From the IMG/VR virus record IMGVR_UViG_3300025699_000004: a stretch of 64,000 nt of DNA; one strand, 5' to 3'. Below are positions 1 through 11,600 of this stretch, piece by piece. Position 1 is the first letter of the stretch. Every line of letters starts with the position of its first letter. The notes beneath the pieces were generated by a model. The model had not been told where the DNA came from, made no database searches, and saw nothing but the letters and a program-made list of their open reading frames with translations. The DNA is from a virus. Position numbers and translations under genes: made by a program.

Positions 1-36
1 TAAAGACGAAAAAGCTTGTCCAGTACCTAATTAATT

Positions 37-42
37 GTGTAA
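37..42 (+). promoter_or_regulatory. GTGTA motif (candidate phage late promoter)
   Basis: GTGTAA 9 nt before the fibre start. Confidence 0.6.
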
Positions 43-51
43 TTTCAGTAA

Positions 52-2727
52 GTGTCTAATAAAAAAATATCAGATTTACAAAAACTCGACATTCCATCGA
101 ATGACGACCTTTTTGTTTATGCAAGAGAAGATCAGTCTAATTTTAAGATAGAATTCGTTGACCTAGCTCAGGTCTCTGCAGAAAGCGCGAATTCTGTTTT
201 TGTAACTGGAGATCAATTAATATTAGGCAACAAAACTTTTGCAAACCCTATATTAGGAAATTTAGATGGAAACATTAGTGGTAATGCAGAAACGGTCACG
301 AACGGAGTATACCTCATTGGAGATCAAACTATTTCAGGTGTTAAAACTTTTGACTCGCCTATTGTTGGCAACCTAGACGGAAGCATCAGTGGTAATGCTG
401 AATCTGTAACTCATGGGGTTTATGTTACGGGTAATCAAATCATATCGGGAGTTAAAATTTTTGACTCGCCAATCGTTGGCAATCTAGATGGAAACATCAG
501 CGGTAATGCTGAAACAGTTACTCATGGAGTTTACCTAACAGGCAACCAGTTTATATCTGGAATCAAGACTTTCGAATTGCCAATCGTTGGCAATCTAGAT
601 GGAAACATCAGCGGTAATGCTGAAACAGTTACTCATGGAGTTTACCTAACAGGCAACCAGTTTATCTCTGGAATCAAGACTTTCGAATTGCCAATCGTTG
701 GCAACCTAGACGGAAACATCAGTGGTAATGCTGAAACGGTTACTCATGGAGTTTACCTAACGGGCAACCAGTTTATCTCTGGAATCAAGACTTTCGAATT
801 GCCAATCGTTGGCAATCTAGACGGAAGCATCAGTGGTAATGCTGAAACAGTTACTCACGGGGTTTACGTTACGGGCGATCAAGTGGTATCTGGGATCAAG
901 AATTATTCGGGTCAATTATTAGTAAGTGGTCATAATGTTATTACAGAGCATACTATTTACGATTTCTCAACTGGAGTTTCTTTAGTTCTCGCAGATATTG
1001 ATCAATTAGCTAGCGGAAAAAAAACCTTTCTAGACCAGATAAAACCCTCTGGGCACATAGTAACAGCTAATGAATCAGGAAGTTTAGTTATAACTAACGA
1101 CCCTAACCCTAATCAGTATGCTAAAAATAATGCATTAACCCTAGGGTTTGAGAGCGGCGTATTCGTTACTGGATCGAAACTATACGTTGATCAAGGAATA
1201 GTAACCGACGAGATTGAGTCTCTTGATAATATCATAGGAGATTCAGGAGCTATGGTTATAACTGATGGACGAGACCCTGATCTCTTCGAAGGTCCTGATG
1301 AATCGTTAACTTTAGCATTCAAAAGCGGTGTATTCGTTACTGGATCGAAACTATACGTTGATCAAGGAATAGTAACCGACGAGATTGAGTCTCTTGATAA
1401 TATCATAGGAGATTCAGGAGCTATGGTTATAACTGATGGACGAGACCCTGATCTCTTCGAAGGTCCTGATGAATCGTTAACTTTAGCATTCAAAAGCGGT
1501 GTATTCGTTACTGGATCGAAACTATACGTTGAGCAAGGAATAGTAACTGACGAGATTGAGTCTCTTGATAATATCATAGGAGATTCAGGAGCTATGGTTA
1601 TAACTGATGGACGAGACCCTGATCTCTTCGAAGGTCCTGATGAATCGTTAACTTTAGCATTCAGAAGCGGCGTATTCGTTACTGGATCGAAACTATACGT
1701 TGAGCAAGGAATAGTAACTGACGAGATTGAGTCTCTTGATAATATCATAGGAGATTCGGGAGCTATGGTTATAACTGATGGACGAGACCCTGATCTCTTC
1801 GAAGGTCCTGATGAATCGTTAACTTTAGCATTCAAAAGTGGAGTTTTCATTACTGGAGCTCCTTTGTATTCAGAGTTTTCAATAATCGGTAATTTAAGTG
1901 GGAATATAAGCGGCAATGCCGAGACTGTTACTCACGGAGTTTATGTTACGGGCGACCAGGTAATTTCTGGAATTAAGACTTTTGACTCTTCAATTCTTGG
2001 GAATCTAGATGGGGATATCAGCGGTAATGCTGAGACGGTAACCTCTGGAGTTTATGTTTCTGGAGACCAAATCATATCTGGACTTAAAACTTTTGATTCA
2101 TCAATCGTTGGTAATTTAAGTGGAAATATAAGTGGTAATGCTGAGACAGTTACCGATGGAGTTTATACGACAGGAGACCAATCAATTTTTGGACATAAAA
2201 CATTCAAGGGGGATGTTACTATAGAGGGGAATCTTGATGCTACATCTATAGTAAATTTAAAATTATCTGATTATGTTCATATATATTTTAATGATAATGA
2301 TTCAGGTAAAACAATATATTTACCACTTCACCCAGGAGAATCAGCTACGAAAGAAAGAGCCACTGCATTAACTCAATCTTCTCACATAATAGTGGCTCCT
2401 CAAGACGGAAGAATAGTAAGAGCTCTATGCCGACCCAGGGCTCAAAAAGGAATAGCAACTAAATCTAGAGATTTTGAATTCAACATACTTACTGGAGTTC
2501 AAAATCAAGCGGTTGATGGAGATCCCACCGATATCGGTATTATAGAGACTACCCCGCTACAAACTATACCCGTAAACCCAAATCAAACTTATAATTTTGA
2601 ATTTTCTCAACTTCAACATTTTTCAAGTGGCGATGCATTCTTAATTTCTATTAACAGGCCCTCTGCTTCAGAAGGAGATACTCAATGCCACATCAATGTA
2701 ACTATGGAATTTCAATATTTCATTTAA
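52..2727 (+). CDS. Repeat-rich tail fibre / virion fibre protein (891 aa)
   Basis: N-terminal KISDL..D.F attachment-like motif; 37-aa GNLDGNISGNAETVTHGVY..G.Q.ISG.KTF repeats; 57-aa repeats; unique C-terminal domain; GTG start 9 nt after GTGTAA. Confidence 0.75.
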   Translation: MSNKKISDLQKLDIPSNDDLFVYAREDQSNFKIEFVDLAQVSAESANSVFVTGDQLILGNKTFANPILGNLDGNISGNAETVTNGVYLIGDQTISGVKTFDSPIVGNLDGSISGNAESVTHGVYVTGNQIISGVKIFDSPIVGNLDGNISGNAETVTHGVYLTGNQFISGIKTFELPIVGNLDGNISGNAETVTHGVYLTGNQFISGIKTFELPIVGNLDGNISGNAETVTHGVYLTGNQFISGIKTFELPIVGNLDGSISGNAETVTHGVYVTGDQVVSGIKNYSGQLLVSGHNVITEHTIYDFSTGVSLVLADIDQLASGKKTFLDQIKPSGHIVTANESGSLVITNDPNPNQYAKNNALTLGFESGVFVTGSKLYVDQGIVTDEIESLDNIIGDSGAMVITDGRDPDLFEGPDESLTLAFKSGVFVTGSKLYVDQGIVTDEIESLDNIIGDSGAMVITDGRDPDLFEGPDESLTLAFKSGVFVTGSKLYVEQGIVTDEIESLDNIIGDSGAMVITDGRDPDLFEGPDESLTLAFRSGVFVTGSKLYVEQGIVTDEIESLDNIIGDSGAMVITDGRDPDLFEGPDESLTLAFKSGVFITGAPLYSEFSIIGNLSGNISGNAETVTHGVYVTGDQVISGIKTFDSSILGNLDGDISGNAETVTSGVYVSGDQIISGLKTFDSSIVGNLSGNISGNAETVTDGVYTTGDQSIFGHKTFKGDVTIEGNLDATSIVNLKLSDYVHIYFNDNDSGKTIYLPLHPGESATKERATALTQSSHIIVAPQDGRIVRALCRPRAQKGIATKSRDFEFNILTGVQNQAVDGDPTDIGIIETTPLQTIPVNPNQTYNFEFSQLQHFSSGDAFLISINRPSASEGDTQCHINVTMEFQYFI
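256..921 (+). repeat. Six tandem 111-bp (37-aa) coding repeats; about three more degenerate copies at ~1888-2200
   Basis: Units start at 256, 367, 478, 589, 700 and 811, exactly 111 bp apart; the middle copies are nearly identical. Confidence 0.95.
1153..1836 (+). repeat. Four near-identical tandem 171-bp (57-aa) coding repeats
   Basis: Units start at 1153, 1324, 1495 and 1666, with a partial fifth at 1837; only a few substitutions between copies. Confidence 0.97.
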
Positions 2728-2742
2728 AACCAGGAAATAATA

Positions 2743-3864
2743 ATGTCAAATAATGTAACAGTAAAAAAAACCTCTTCATTTATTAGTGATTTTGATGCTC
2801 TTGAACGTCGGTTCAACCGTCTTAGTGGAAAGATACAAGCTGCAGAAGACAGAGCGAAAGCCTTAAACGACAGAAACATCAGTAGTTACGATAGTAAAGC
2901 TCAAGTTTGCAAAAAAAAGCTGTATGGAGAATTACAAGGAACTTCAGTCGTAGCTCCAAGAACTCCTGACCTGAGATATAAATACAAGGTTGATGAGCTC
3001 AAGCAACAACAAGTAGACTTTACAGCTCATCAAGAGATAATCACAAGGAAAAAACTTGACTCAAATTTTAATCAGATAGGAAACGCTGATAAAGTTTACG
3101 GTGCGGTAAAAGTAACTGGTTTAGTAAAACAAATAAAGCGGGTCACACAGATTCGAGAAACAGTGACTTTATCAAAAAAAGAAAAATGTTTCGAAGTCAA
3201 AGGGGGGCAATTCACTACTATACGAAATAGCAAAGGAGATATTTTAACTGGAGATGCAAAGCAAAAAGTACTCCAGCAGTTTAATGCAAACCCATCATCG
3301 TTTATTCAAAACAAAACCGAGGCGATAGAGGCGGCTGAAGTAAACTTCGCAAGGATCCCCGTACATTACACAAAAAGATTCACGGGCGACTACGGAGATG
3401 TTTCTATTCTAGGTGGATACAGTGTAATGTCAGGAACTGTTAAGGAATACAATAGGACTAGTGGAATTTCCCTTGGTAACGCCCACTTCTTACAGAGCCA
3501 AACCACAGGCCCGAGAAGTGTGGTGACTGAAGATCTTATTGTCGATAAAGCTAGGCAGACTCAGGTAGTAAATCAGAGCACTCGAGGTTTAAGCGGAAAA
3601 GCTCTAGATCTAGGGCTTGCCTACAAAGTTGATGTTACTGATAACTTTTCGATTGAAGCTTCAATTACTTCTAAATATATTTTAGATTCTAGCGATTCTT
3701 TTATCAAAGAAGATTCTTTCATGGGTACAAGTGCAAAACTTGCAATGAACCTTCATAACTTCACCAAGTCTTTATCCTTTGGAGTGGAAACGCAGTTCAA
3801 CTTCGCAGACCAACTTAGAGATAGCAGCGAAGAATACCGCGCTAATCTGCTTTGGACGTTTTAA
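2743..3864 (+). CDS. Hypothetical protein with outer-membrane beta-barrel-like C-terminal half (373 aa)
   Basis: AGGA upstream of ATG; amphipathic alternating strands in the C-terminal ~180 aa; ends YRANLLWTF with a terminal Phe; no signal peptide seen. Confidence 0.55.
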   Translation: MSNNVTVKKTSSFISDFDALERRFNRLSGKIQAAEDRAKALNDRNISSYDSKAQVCKKKLYGELQGTSVVAPRTPDLRYKYKVDELKQQQVDFTAHQEIITRKKLDSNFNQIGNADKVYGAVKVTGLVKQIKRVTQIRETVTLSKKEKCFEVKGGQFTTIRNSKGDILTGDAKQKVLQQFNANPSSFIQNKTEAIEAAEVNFARIPVHYTKRFTGDYGDVSILGGYSVMSGTVKEYNRTSGISLGNAHFLQSQTTGPRSVVTEDLIVDKARQTQVVNQSTRGLSGKALDLGLAYKVDVTDNFSIEASITSKYILDSSDSFIKEDSFMGTSAKLAMNLHNFTKSLSFGVETQFNFADQLRDSSEEYRANLLWTF

Positions 3865-5465
3865 TTCTTAGCCATTAAAATTAACTGATATCTCATATCT
3901 GCAAATTTAAAATTAGGGCTTTTCTCGTAAGACAAAGTTGATAAGGCCACGCTAAATACATCTCCAGGCGCAATAACCTCGTCTGTTTCCCATAAAGTTA
4001 AATAATGATCTGCTGTATTTGGTCGTGGAAAAGGATCGTCAAATCCATATTGTGCTAAACAAAAGGGGTAAGCATTTCTAGCTAAAATTTCATCATTATC
4101 CTCCTGAAAACCCGCTCCAGTATCCTCTTTTAGTCCAACAGAACATCTTGTCAATTTTGGGCTGTCTCTATTTAATACAGGTACAGGAAGTCGTCCTGCA
4201 TTTGCTCTCGCACTTAACGCTCCAATATCATTTCCGTAACAAGGCCAAGCGGCAGAGCTTTTTCTAAGATTTGCTCCAAACCCTCTGACATCGTAAAGAA
4301 ACACCTGCGTTGTTCCTTGTTGCTGATATTCACTTGAAAACATACTATATTGATCAAGTCGCCCTGGCGTATCATGGACTGAGTCTCCATCAAAATCCCA
4401 CCATCCATTGAACGTAGTATCCTGTGATCCTGGAAAAACGTCTAGGAATCGACTAAATAAAGGATGTTCTAATGGCCAATAATTACCTTCAGATACACCG
4501 TTTTTAGTGGTATCTCTAAAAACATTATTTACAACATTTCCATTAACCAGAGCATCTTTTACACAAAATAATCCCCAAGTTGCATTGTTGCCTTGGCCCT
4601 GCACTCCAGCAGCTCTGTAATCTCTACCTCGTATAGCTAATTGATTACTTGTAGAAACAGCACAGTCATCAACATCTGGAGATCCACACGCTATGTCTAT
4701 AGAAAAGGTGGCTGCCGTAAAATTAGCTACAGTACTATCCGTCGTTGCCGTGGTGATGCTATCTATACTAGTTATATTTAATCTATTTGCACCTTGAACT
4801 ACAACAAAATTAGGTAACAAGTAAGTTCTTATATCTACATTTGCAAAGGTTAAAGTAGTTCCCGCTTTAGCTACCGTTGCAGTAGCGGGTAAAGTGCTAT
4901 TTGCACTAGTTATATTAACAAATCTCCTGCCCGCATGATTTGATTCCCTCGGTCTTTGTAATACATTATTTTTATAAACCGAAAAACTTTTAAAATCAAA
5001 TGATTCAACTAGATTATCTTCCGCAGTACCGCCTCCCACTAAATTAGTAGTAAAAGTAGGCCTTCCTGCTGCATAACCAAATTCAGTTCTCAAAATTAAT
5101 CGACATCCATTATAAGGAATTCCAGCATGAGTAACACTAATTCTATTACTGTCATGAACTCCCATGAAAAATGTATCATTAGAATTATTTGCTATAAAAT
5201 CTGCGTATGCAGGGGTATTGGAGTATCCCTGCCTACTACCTGTAACAGCTAAATAATCAGAAATTGATGCCTGATTCGGATCTTGCGCAGTGGGCTCTGT
5301 CTGTAAGTTGTTTAGATCTTCAACGGCAGGGTGGGGGGTAAATAAGCTATCTGGATGACTGTTTGCAGTTTTACCTACAACCATTCGTTGTTGAGCTGAT
5401 GTTATATATTCCCCTGGATCTTCAAAGCCTCCTCCTCCGTTCCAATATATTTGGTCGTAAGGCAT
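3861..5465 (-). CDS. Putative virion/tail-associated beta-rich protein (534 aa)
   Basis: Long ORF at the end of the tail operon; G/T/N-rich beta-type composition; no recognised motif. Confidence 0.45.
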   Translation of the reverse strand: MPYDQIYWNGGGGFEDPGEYITSAQQRMVVGKTANSHPDSLFTPHPAVEDLNNLQTEPTAQDPNQASISDYLAVTGSRQGYSNTPAYADFIANNSNDTFFMGVHDSNRISVTHAGIPYNGCRLILRTEFGYAAGRPTFTTNLVGGGTAEDNLVESFDFKSFSVYKNNVLQRPRESNHAGRRFVNITSANSTLPATATVAKAGTTLTFANVDIRTYLLPNFVVVQGANRLNITSIDSITTATTDSTVANFTAATFSIDIACGSPDVDDCAVSTSNQLAIRGRDYRAAGVQGQGNNATWGLFCVKDALVNGNVVNNVFRDTTKNGVSEGNYWPLEHPLFSRFLDVFPGSQDTTFNGWWDFDGDSVHDTPGRLDQYSMFSSEYQQQGTTQVFLYDVRGFGANLRKSSAAWPCYGNDIGALSARANAGRLPVPVLNRDSPKLTRCSVGLKEDTGAGFQEDNDEILARNAYPFCLAQYGFDDPFPRPNTADHYLTLWETDEVIAPGDVFSVALSTLSYEKSPNFKFADMRYQLILMAKN

Positions 5466-5467
5466 TA

Positions 5468-5611
5468 TTATTTACTTTCTTCTTTAACCTCGTTCCTCTT
5501 TTTTAATTCTTCTTGAAATATTCTTATACTATTATCAATTTTTTGTTTCTCAATAAACAAATCATATAACAAAGCTTTAATCTCTATTCCTGATAATTCT
5601 TTTACATTCAT
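5468..5611 (-). CDS. Small coiled-coil protein (47 aa), possibly a fibre chaperone; absent from the ORF track
   Basis: Translated by hand: MNVKELSGIEIKALLYDLFIEKQKIDNSIRIFQEELKKRNEVKEESK*; fills the gap between J and the 534-aa gene; TATAAT 5 nt upstream. Confidence 0.7.
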   Translation of the reverse strand: MNVKELSGIEIKALLYDLFIEKQKIDNSIRIFQEELKKRNEVKEESK

Positions 5612-5639
5612 AATAAATTATAAAAAATTTTTTTAAAAA

Positions 5640-8600
5640 TTAAACATCAGGTCTGCTCAGTCCGATATTAAAACAGAATTTTGTAGCCCCATTTGTACTA
5701 TTAGGCATTGTGACAGTAAGGTCATCGCCAATATTTATATTACCAGCGGATGGATTAAAACCCCCTACACAGGCTGCAAATGCAGTTGTTCCTATTCCAG
5801 CACTTTGATCTATTGACAATATATTATAATTAACTTTACTTCCGCTAATTATATGATATGTTCTATTCGCTAAAGGAAATGGAATTTCTCCACATAATTG
5901 AGTATCTATTAAGCTTGCAATTCCAGAAGCACTCGCAGGGTCCGTCTTAAAATTAGACACAAAAGAGCCCGCATTGGAACCTCTTAAATAAAAACCTCTA
6001 GCCTTTCCCCCAACAAGAGCTGTGCTGAAATCATTACTTTGTATTCCTGTTATACTTACGAAATCATTATTCCCAGCATATTCAATTATATTTCCTTTTC
6101 CATTTGCCAATGAAAATGTACCATCTTTTCCAATATATATACCTGTATTATCTGTATCTGTATAATGATTTCTAGCCGTTGAGGTTGAGACATCAAAAGT
6201 AGAAATGTAATTCTCTGTTAATTCTAATCCGCCAATTCGTCCTGCACTTCCACTTATAGTACCACTAACAACTGCATTTACTGCATACAAATCGCCATCA
6301 TTATTTACGTGAAACTTGTTTCTAACATCATCATATACAGTTCCAGGTCCTATACTTATATTTCCCTCATTATCAGCTCTAAAAAAATTGCTCTGATCGC
6401 ACTTGCCGACATTAATACTAGAACCACTTATCATTCCAGACAGAACTTTCAAGTCCCAAAATGTTGCGGTTCCATCTCCTCTTAGTTGAAACCCAGATGG
6501 TATAACATCGCAATTTTCATTACTCCTGAACCCAAAGCTTTCTATAACACTTAGTTCGGGATTAACTTCGTCTCCTAAAATTATAGTTTGTCTAGGTTCA
6601 AAATGATTAGCTGTTACAGTTCCTGCTATGTTGGCATTTTGTGCATATAAGGTTCCCTCATTTGTGACTAAAAATCTAACATCTACTATTCTCCACCAAT
6701 CTCTATCTTCTCCAGCTGCAACATGAGACCAGCCCGTATCAACCTGATAATCTAATATTGGCGATGTTAATTGAACATATCCAAATTTTTCATGCTGACC
6801 ACCTCCCTCAGTGTAGTCCAGAACTGGAGAGGTTCCCATATCATTGTAAGTGAAATAAGTAGAGGAGGTAGTTATACCTCTTATATCTTGCCCTCCATTT
6901 CCATAATTAATTTCTAAAAATGCCCCCCTGTTTATAGCGGCTTTTACTGCATCAATTTTGTCCCTGAATTGATTTTTCCCTAAAGGTAAATAATCATCTA
7001 AATTCAACTGTACATTAACTGGCTTAGCATTACCTCTTATGTGCGGTTGGTTGATAGCTCCAGCTCCTCCAGTAAAATATCCAGATATCCTAAGAGCCTG
7101 ATTTCCTATGCTAAGTTCACCATCTTCTTTAATTCTTAGCTGAGTAGATGGATCGCTACCTATAGAGATGCTTCCAGCTGTCATATCTCCTCTAATTTCA
7201 AGAGTATTAGGTTCTATATCATGACCTAAAAGCCCATTTCCTATATCTGTCCATGTGGGTTGCTTGAAATCCCCATTGCCCAGCTTCTCACCTGTCCAGA
7301 ACAGTCCCTGCTCACCCAAGGAAGGGTTCCCTATTCTTAGCATTCTATGGTCCAAATACAGCCCCTCACCGATGCCATACATATATTTAGGATCTGCCAA
7401 GCCTTTTGCATAAACATTATCGCTAACCATTCTTCCACTAGGGTTAGCTAGAATTATCGTATTTGAAGTTATTGAATCTGTTAATATTTTACTAGCTCTT
7501 ATATTTCCAAGATAAGAATCGTCAATAGCCCCCCCAGTTACATAACCTAAATTATGAGGAACTACTCCGTATTTTTGATTAACGAAAGAAGATGTTTTTT
7601 GTTTTGCGGGATCTGAAAAATAAGAATTATGAGTGTTGCTAGCTATTCCCGAAACAAAACCTATACCTGTATTATTAGATCTATCTACAGTCCTAAGGAA
7701 GTAATGGTACAGAACTTCTTGTCTAGGTTGATCGTGTATATCGCCCGCTCCTACTCCATAACCACTAAAGATCCCAGTCTCTACATCGCTATCTATAAAT
7801 GCGGTTCCTGGATTTAATATATACGAATACTCATCTTTGTTATTATCGAAATACCCACTAATATCTTGAGTCTTCCAGCAATATTTCCCCTGTGTTGAGT
7901 TTTCGTTCAGCCTTCCTGTTGGAATACCTGTTTTATAAACAACCACACTTGCTAAATCAGAATCAGCTCCATTGGGCCAATCCCATTCTAGAAAAATTTG
8001 TTTAGGCCCAGATGTTATATAAAAATTTTCGGGATTACTAGGGTTGGTGTTATCTTTTGGCGTTGTAAAGGGCCTAGGTTTAGCTACTGTATAAGCACTA
8101 TATCGTCCGTCATTCTCTTTTATTCTTGCACGGAAAAAATAATCTTCATTAGCAAGAAGGTTTGAAAACACCCCGCTGCCAGTCATTGTTGGTGGATTAA
8201 TTCCGTACTCTATATCTGCTAACTGAGAACCAACCAAAGGGCTGAATCCTAAATTTTTTGCTAGATCTACTTTGTAATGAGAATGATCATAGTTTAATTT
8301 TCCAGTAATTACATACTCTACATAAGCAAATGAAGAACCGTCGCCCTTTGTATCATTTTCTATTCCAGTTATTAATTGTATATGTTCAGGTCTTAATGGA
8401 GTAGTTTTTTGTATTTTTAATTTTTGTCCACTATGATGAGGAAGAACTTCATTTAATAATCCTCCAGGAAATGTTACTGGATCTGTATTACCAACACTAA
8501 ATAAGCCAGTGTTATTAGATGAATCCACCCCTCTTAACCAAAAATATAAATCTTTATTTTGATCTCCTCCGAAATCTCTTAATGGTATAACCTCTGATTG

Positions 8601-11600
8601 AAATTTAGATATTTGATGTATATTAGTTCCCGCAGCAACACCCGTATCATTAGCAACCCCTGTATATAATATAGTTAAATCTAAATCGTTATCAGGAGGA
8701 TTAGCCCATGATAAAAATATATTATTTGAACTTTTATTAGTTTCTTTCCAGAGATGCTGGCCAGGAGGAGATTCATCATTTAGTGCTCTTAAATCTTTAC
8801 TAACTTCTGCACTCTTGTTTCCCTGAATATCATGAGAAGTCAACCTAAAGGTATATGTCCTTCCTCCAACAGCTAAATAATCATACTGACCAGAACAAGT
8901 TACACATCCTCCGTCATCAACTCTAGGTAAAGACCTACTATATATTTCGTTATTTGTGTTATTTTGTATTTTTAAATTGTACTCTTTAAAATCTGAATGA
9001 TCGTTAAAATCTCCAGAATAAAAAGCTGTTATATATGAATTTTGCGTTCCATCATTACCCAATCTAACACTACCTGATAATATTAAATCCACTCCGCCGA
9101 ATTGCATTATAGATATATCATTACTGTTATCAGCTTCCCCAGTATTTCCAGCATGATCTAAAGCTCTTATATGAAAACTTCCATTCAAGTCGGGGCCAAA
9201 ACCCCTATTTTTGTTAAACTGGTCTAAAGGATACACCGCAAAATTAGAGCTTGATTTAATTAAGAAATCATCTTTTCCATTTGTATACAGTGGAGCTATA
9301 TCGTGTTTGCCCGTATATATTCTTGCGTGATTTAAATCTGTATCACTAGGATTATCCCAGTTAAAATGAATATTATCAAATACAATTTTTGCTCGGAAAT
9401 TAGAGCAGGCTCCAGGAGGAGTTCTGTCTCTTTCAGCCCTGAAGAACATTATTTTTTCAGGACCTTGCCCGAAACTATTATATTCAGACCATCTTAATTC
9501 ATAATATTTATCTGGATTCGCCAGCTCAAATTCTCCAGAAAGAATGTTTCCAGTTATCACGTCTTGAGATTTTGTACCAAATACAGAACACCCAGAAAGA
9601 TTACCCTTTCCAGTTTCATTCATTACCCGAGGTCTCTCTATGATATAATCTTGTTTAAAATCTCCATCTAGATAATTTGGAACCGAAAGCATTTTATTCG
9701 CCTGCCCGCCAACCACGGCTTTATCTGACCCATCGTATAAAACTTCATACTCTCCACAATCTTGAACTCCTGATATGCAATATTCTCCGTCCTGCAAGAC
9801 GCCAGGTGTTGCGGCTAAATTTCCGTAATAAGTGTCCGTAACCTCTTGAACTCTAATTCTGTATCCAGCTGAATTAGACTGTCCTTTGCTATAATATTTT
9901 CCATTCTCTTGTGTGTTGTGAAAAAAGAATTCTACCTTGGATTTATTAACTCCTTCTGTATTAACGAAACCAGTCGCTCTAACCACAAGATCCACCGTAT
10001 TTTCTTCTGGAAAACCAAAGCTTACTGGCTGCTTAATGATTTCTGGAGTTGCTGGATTTGGATCTGGACCACCATCGCCAGGAGGTGGGTCAGTCGGTTC
10101 CAGCTCAAAATCGGATTCTTTATAGATCGTATTTAGTTTTTCAACATCCTTGAACTTGTCTTGATCATACTCTAACCCAACAATTCCATAACTTCCGTCT
10201 TCATTAGATGATACAGATAATACTTTAAATTGTTTTGTCGTTACTCCTGCTCCGCACAAATAACCAGCATCCCCAGTTCCTTCAAGTATGTATATATCCC
10301 CTTCTCTTATTTTTTGAGTATTAGTGATTCTATTAGCTCCATCTCTTAAGTTTGATAAAACAGAGTCGTCTAGTAAATAATCATTAAATGTTTTTAAACC
10401 TAAGCCTAGTTTATTATTTACATAATCTCCAGTGATCCCCGTTGATAGAATTAAATCTTGAGTTTCATGTGTTAATATCTTAGCTCCAGAAGGAGTATTC
10501 TCTATGTAATTATTTAAACTAGGATTTAAAGAGGCACTAGAATCTAAATTTGTAAAAGGAAAATTTCTTAAGTTATTGTCGGCTGACCCTATTGAGTGGC
10601 CATTTCTATGTATAAAAGTTTTAAATTGCTTAGACTGTTCTTCTAAGTCTTCCCCAGGTATATTAAAACTTATCGATTGAAAATTATAATCATTTGTATC
10701 TACTGTATCGTCTAATAAAATATAATTATCGCTGGCAACATTTTTATTATTAACAACCTTCTTAACTCTTCCGCCTCCTTTGTAGCCATTTCTTATAGAG
10801 TCAGATACCTCAAAAACATAACCTGGCCTTAAATGCTCCGCAATTTTATCAGTTACGAAAGATACCGTTTCCTCTTCTTTATTTGATGTTAATAAAACCC
10901 ATCTGCCCAACCTTAAAGCTTGATCTTTTGAAGTACAACCAACGGCAGCTAATTCTTTTTCTATAATTCCATGCCTTATTATTCCTTCTGCATCTTCTAC
11001 ATATGCATATTTAGGTAAATAATTTTCTTCTTTATCTTTATAAGCAACCTTTATTGCTGTAAACCTTGTCTGCTTAGATGTTCCAGAATATTGAAAATCA
11101 CCCTGCTTTACATTTGCATTTGTAAATTTCAAACAAGGCTCAGTTATATTATCTTGAGTTATTACAATTTTATTCGCATCAAAATAAACCATTCCCTGGA
11201 AAACCGAAGCTATTTCCTGTATAGCTTTATAAGCCTCCATTCTATTCTGTATCAAAACATTACAAGAATATCTCCTCTCTTTCCTGAATCTATCAGGGTC
11301 AGTATTTGTTGCGAATTTCTTTAACTTTGAAGTGGGAACTAACTGATCGCAATATTTGGCTATCTTGTAAAGCTCAAATTTATTTATGTCGGAATCAGTT
11401 ATATATTCCCCAAGCCCAAACCTATCGTTTGTAATTAAGTCGTATAATATCCATGCTGGATTATCTGTCCACTCTAAATCGTCTTTAAATCTACCATCCC
11501 AGACCCCCACATGCCTATCTTCCACGACTGGGCCGTTTGGCCCATCCCCTGAATCCTCATAATTAGAAGGTACTTTTACTTTTTTTAATTTTAAATCAAA

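Noticed and set aside
1153-1836. 171-bp and 111-bp repeats as a CRISPR array or DGR template/variable pair
   Set aside because: The units are contiguous, in frame and have no spacers. Differences are not confined to adenines. No cas or reverse transcriptase gene is in the window.
1362-1916. 184-aa minus-strand ORF
   Set aside because: Antisense shadow of the fibre repeats; it is open only because the repeat unit lacks stops on that strand.
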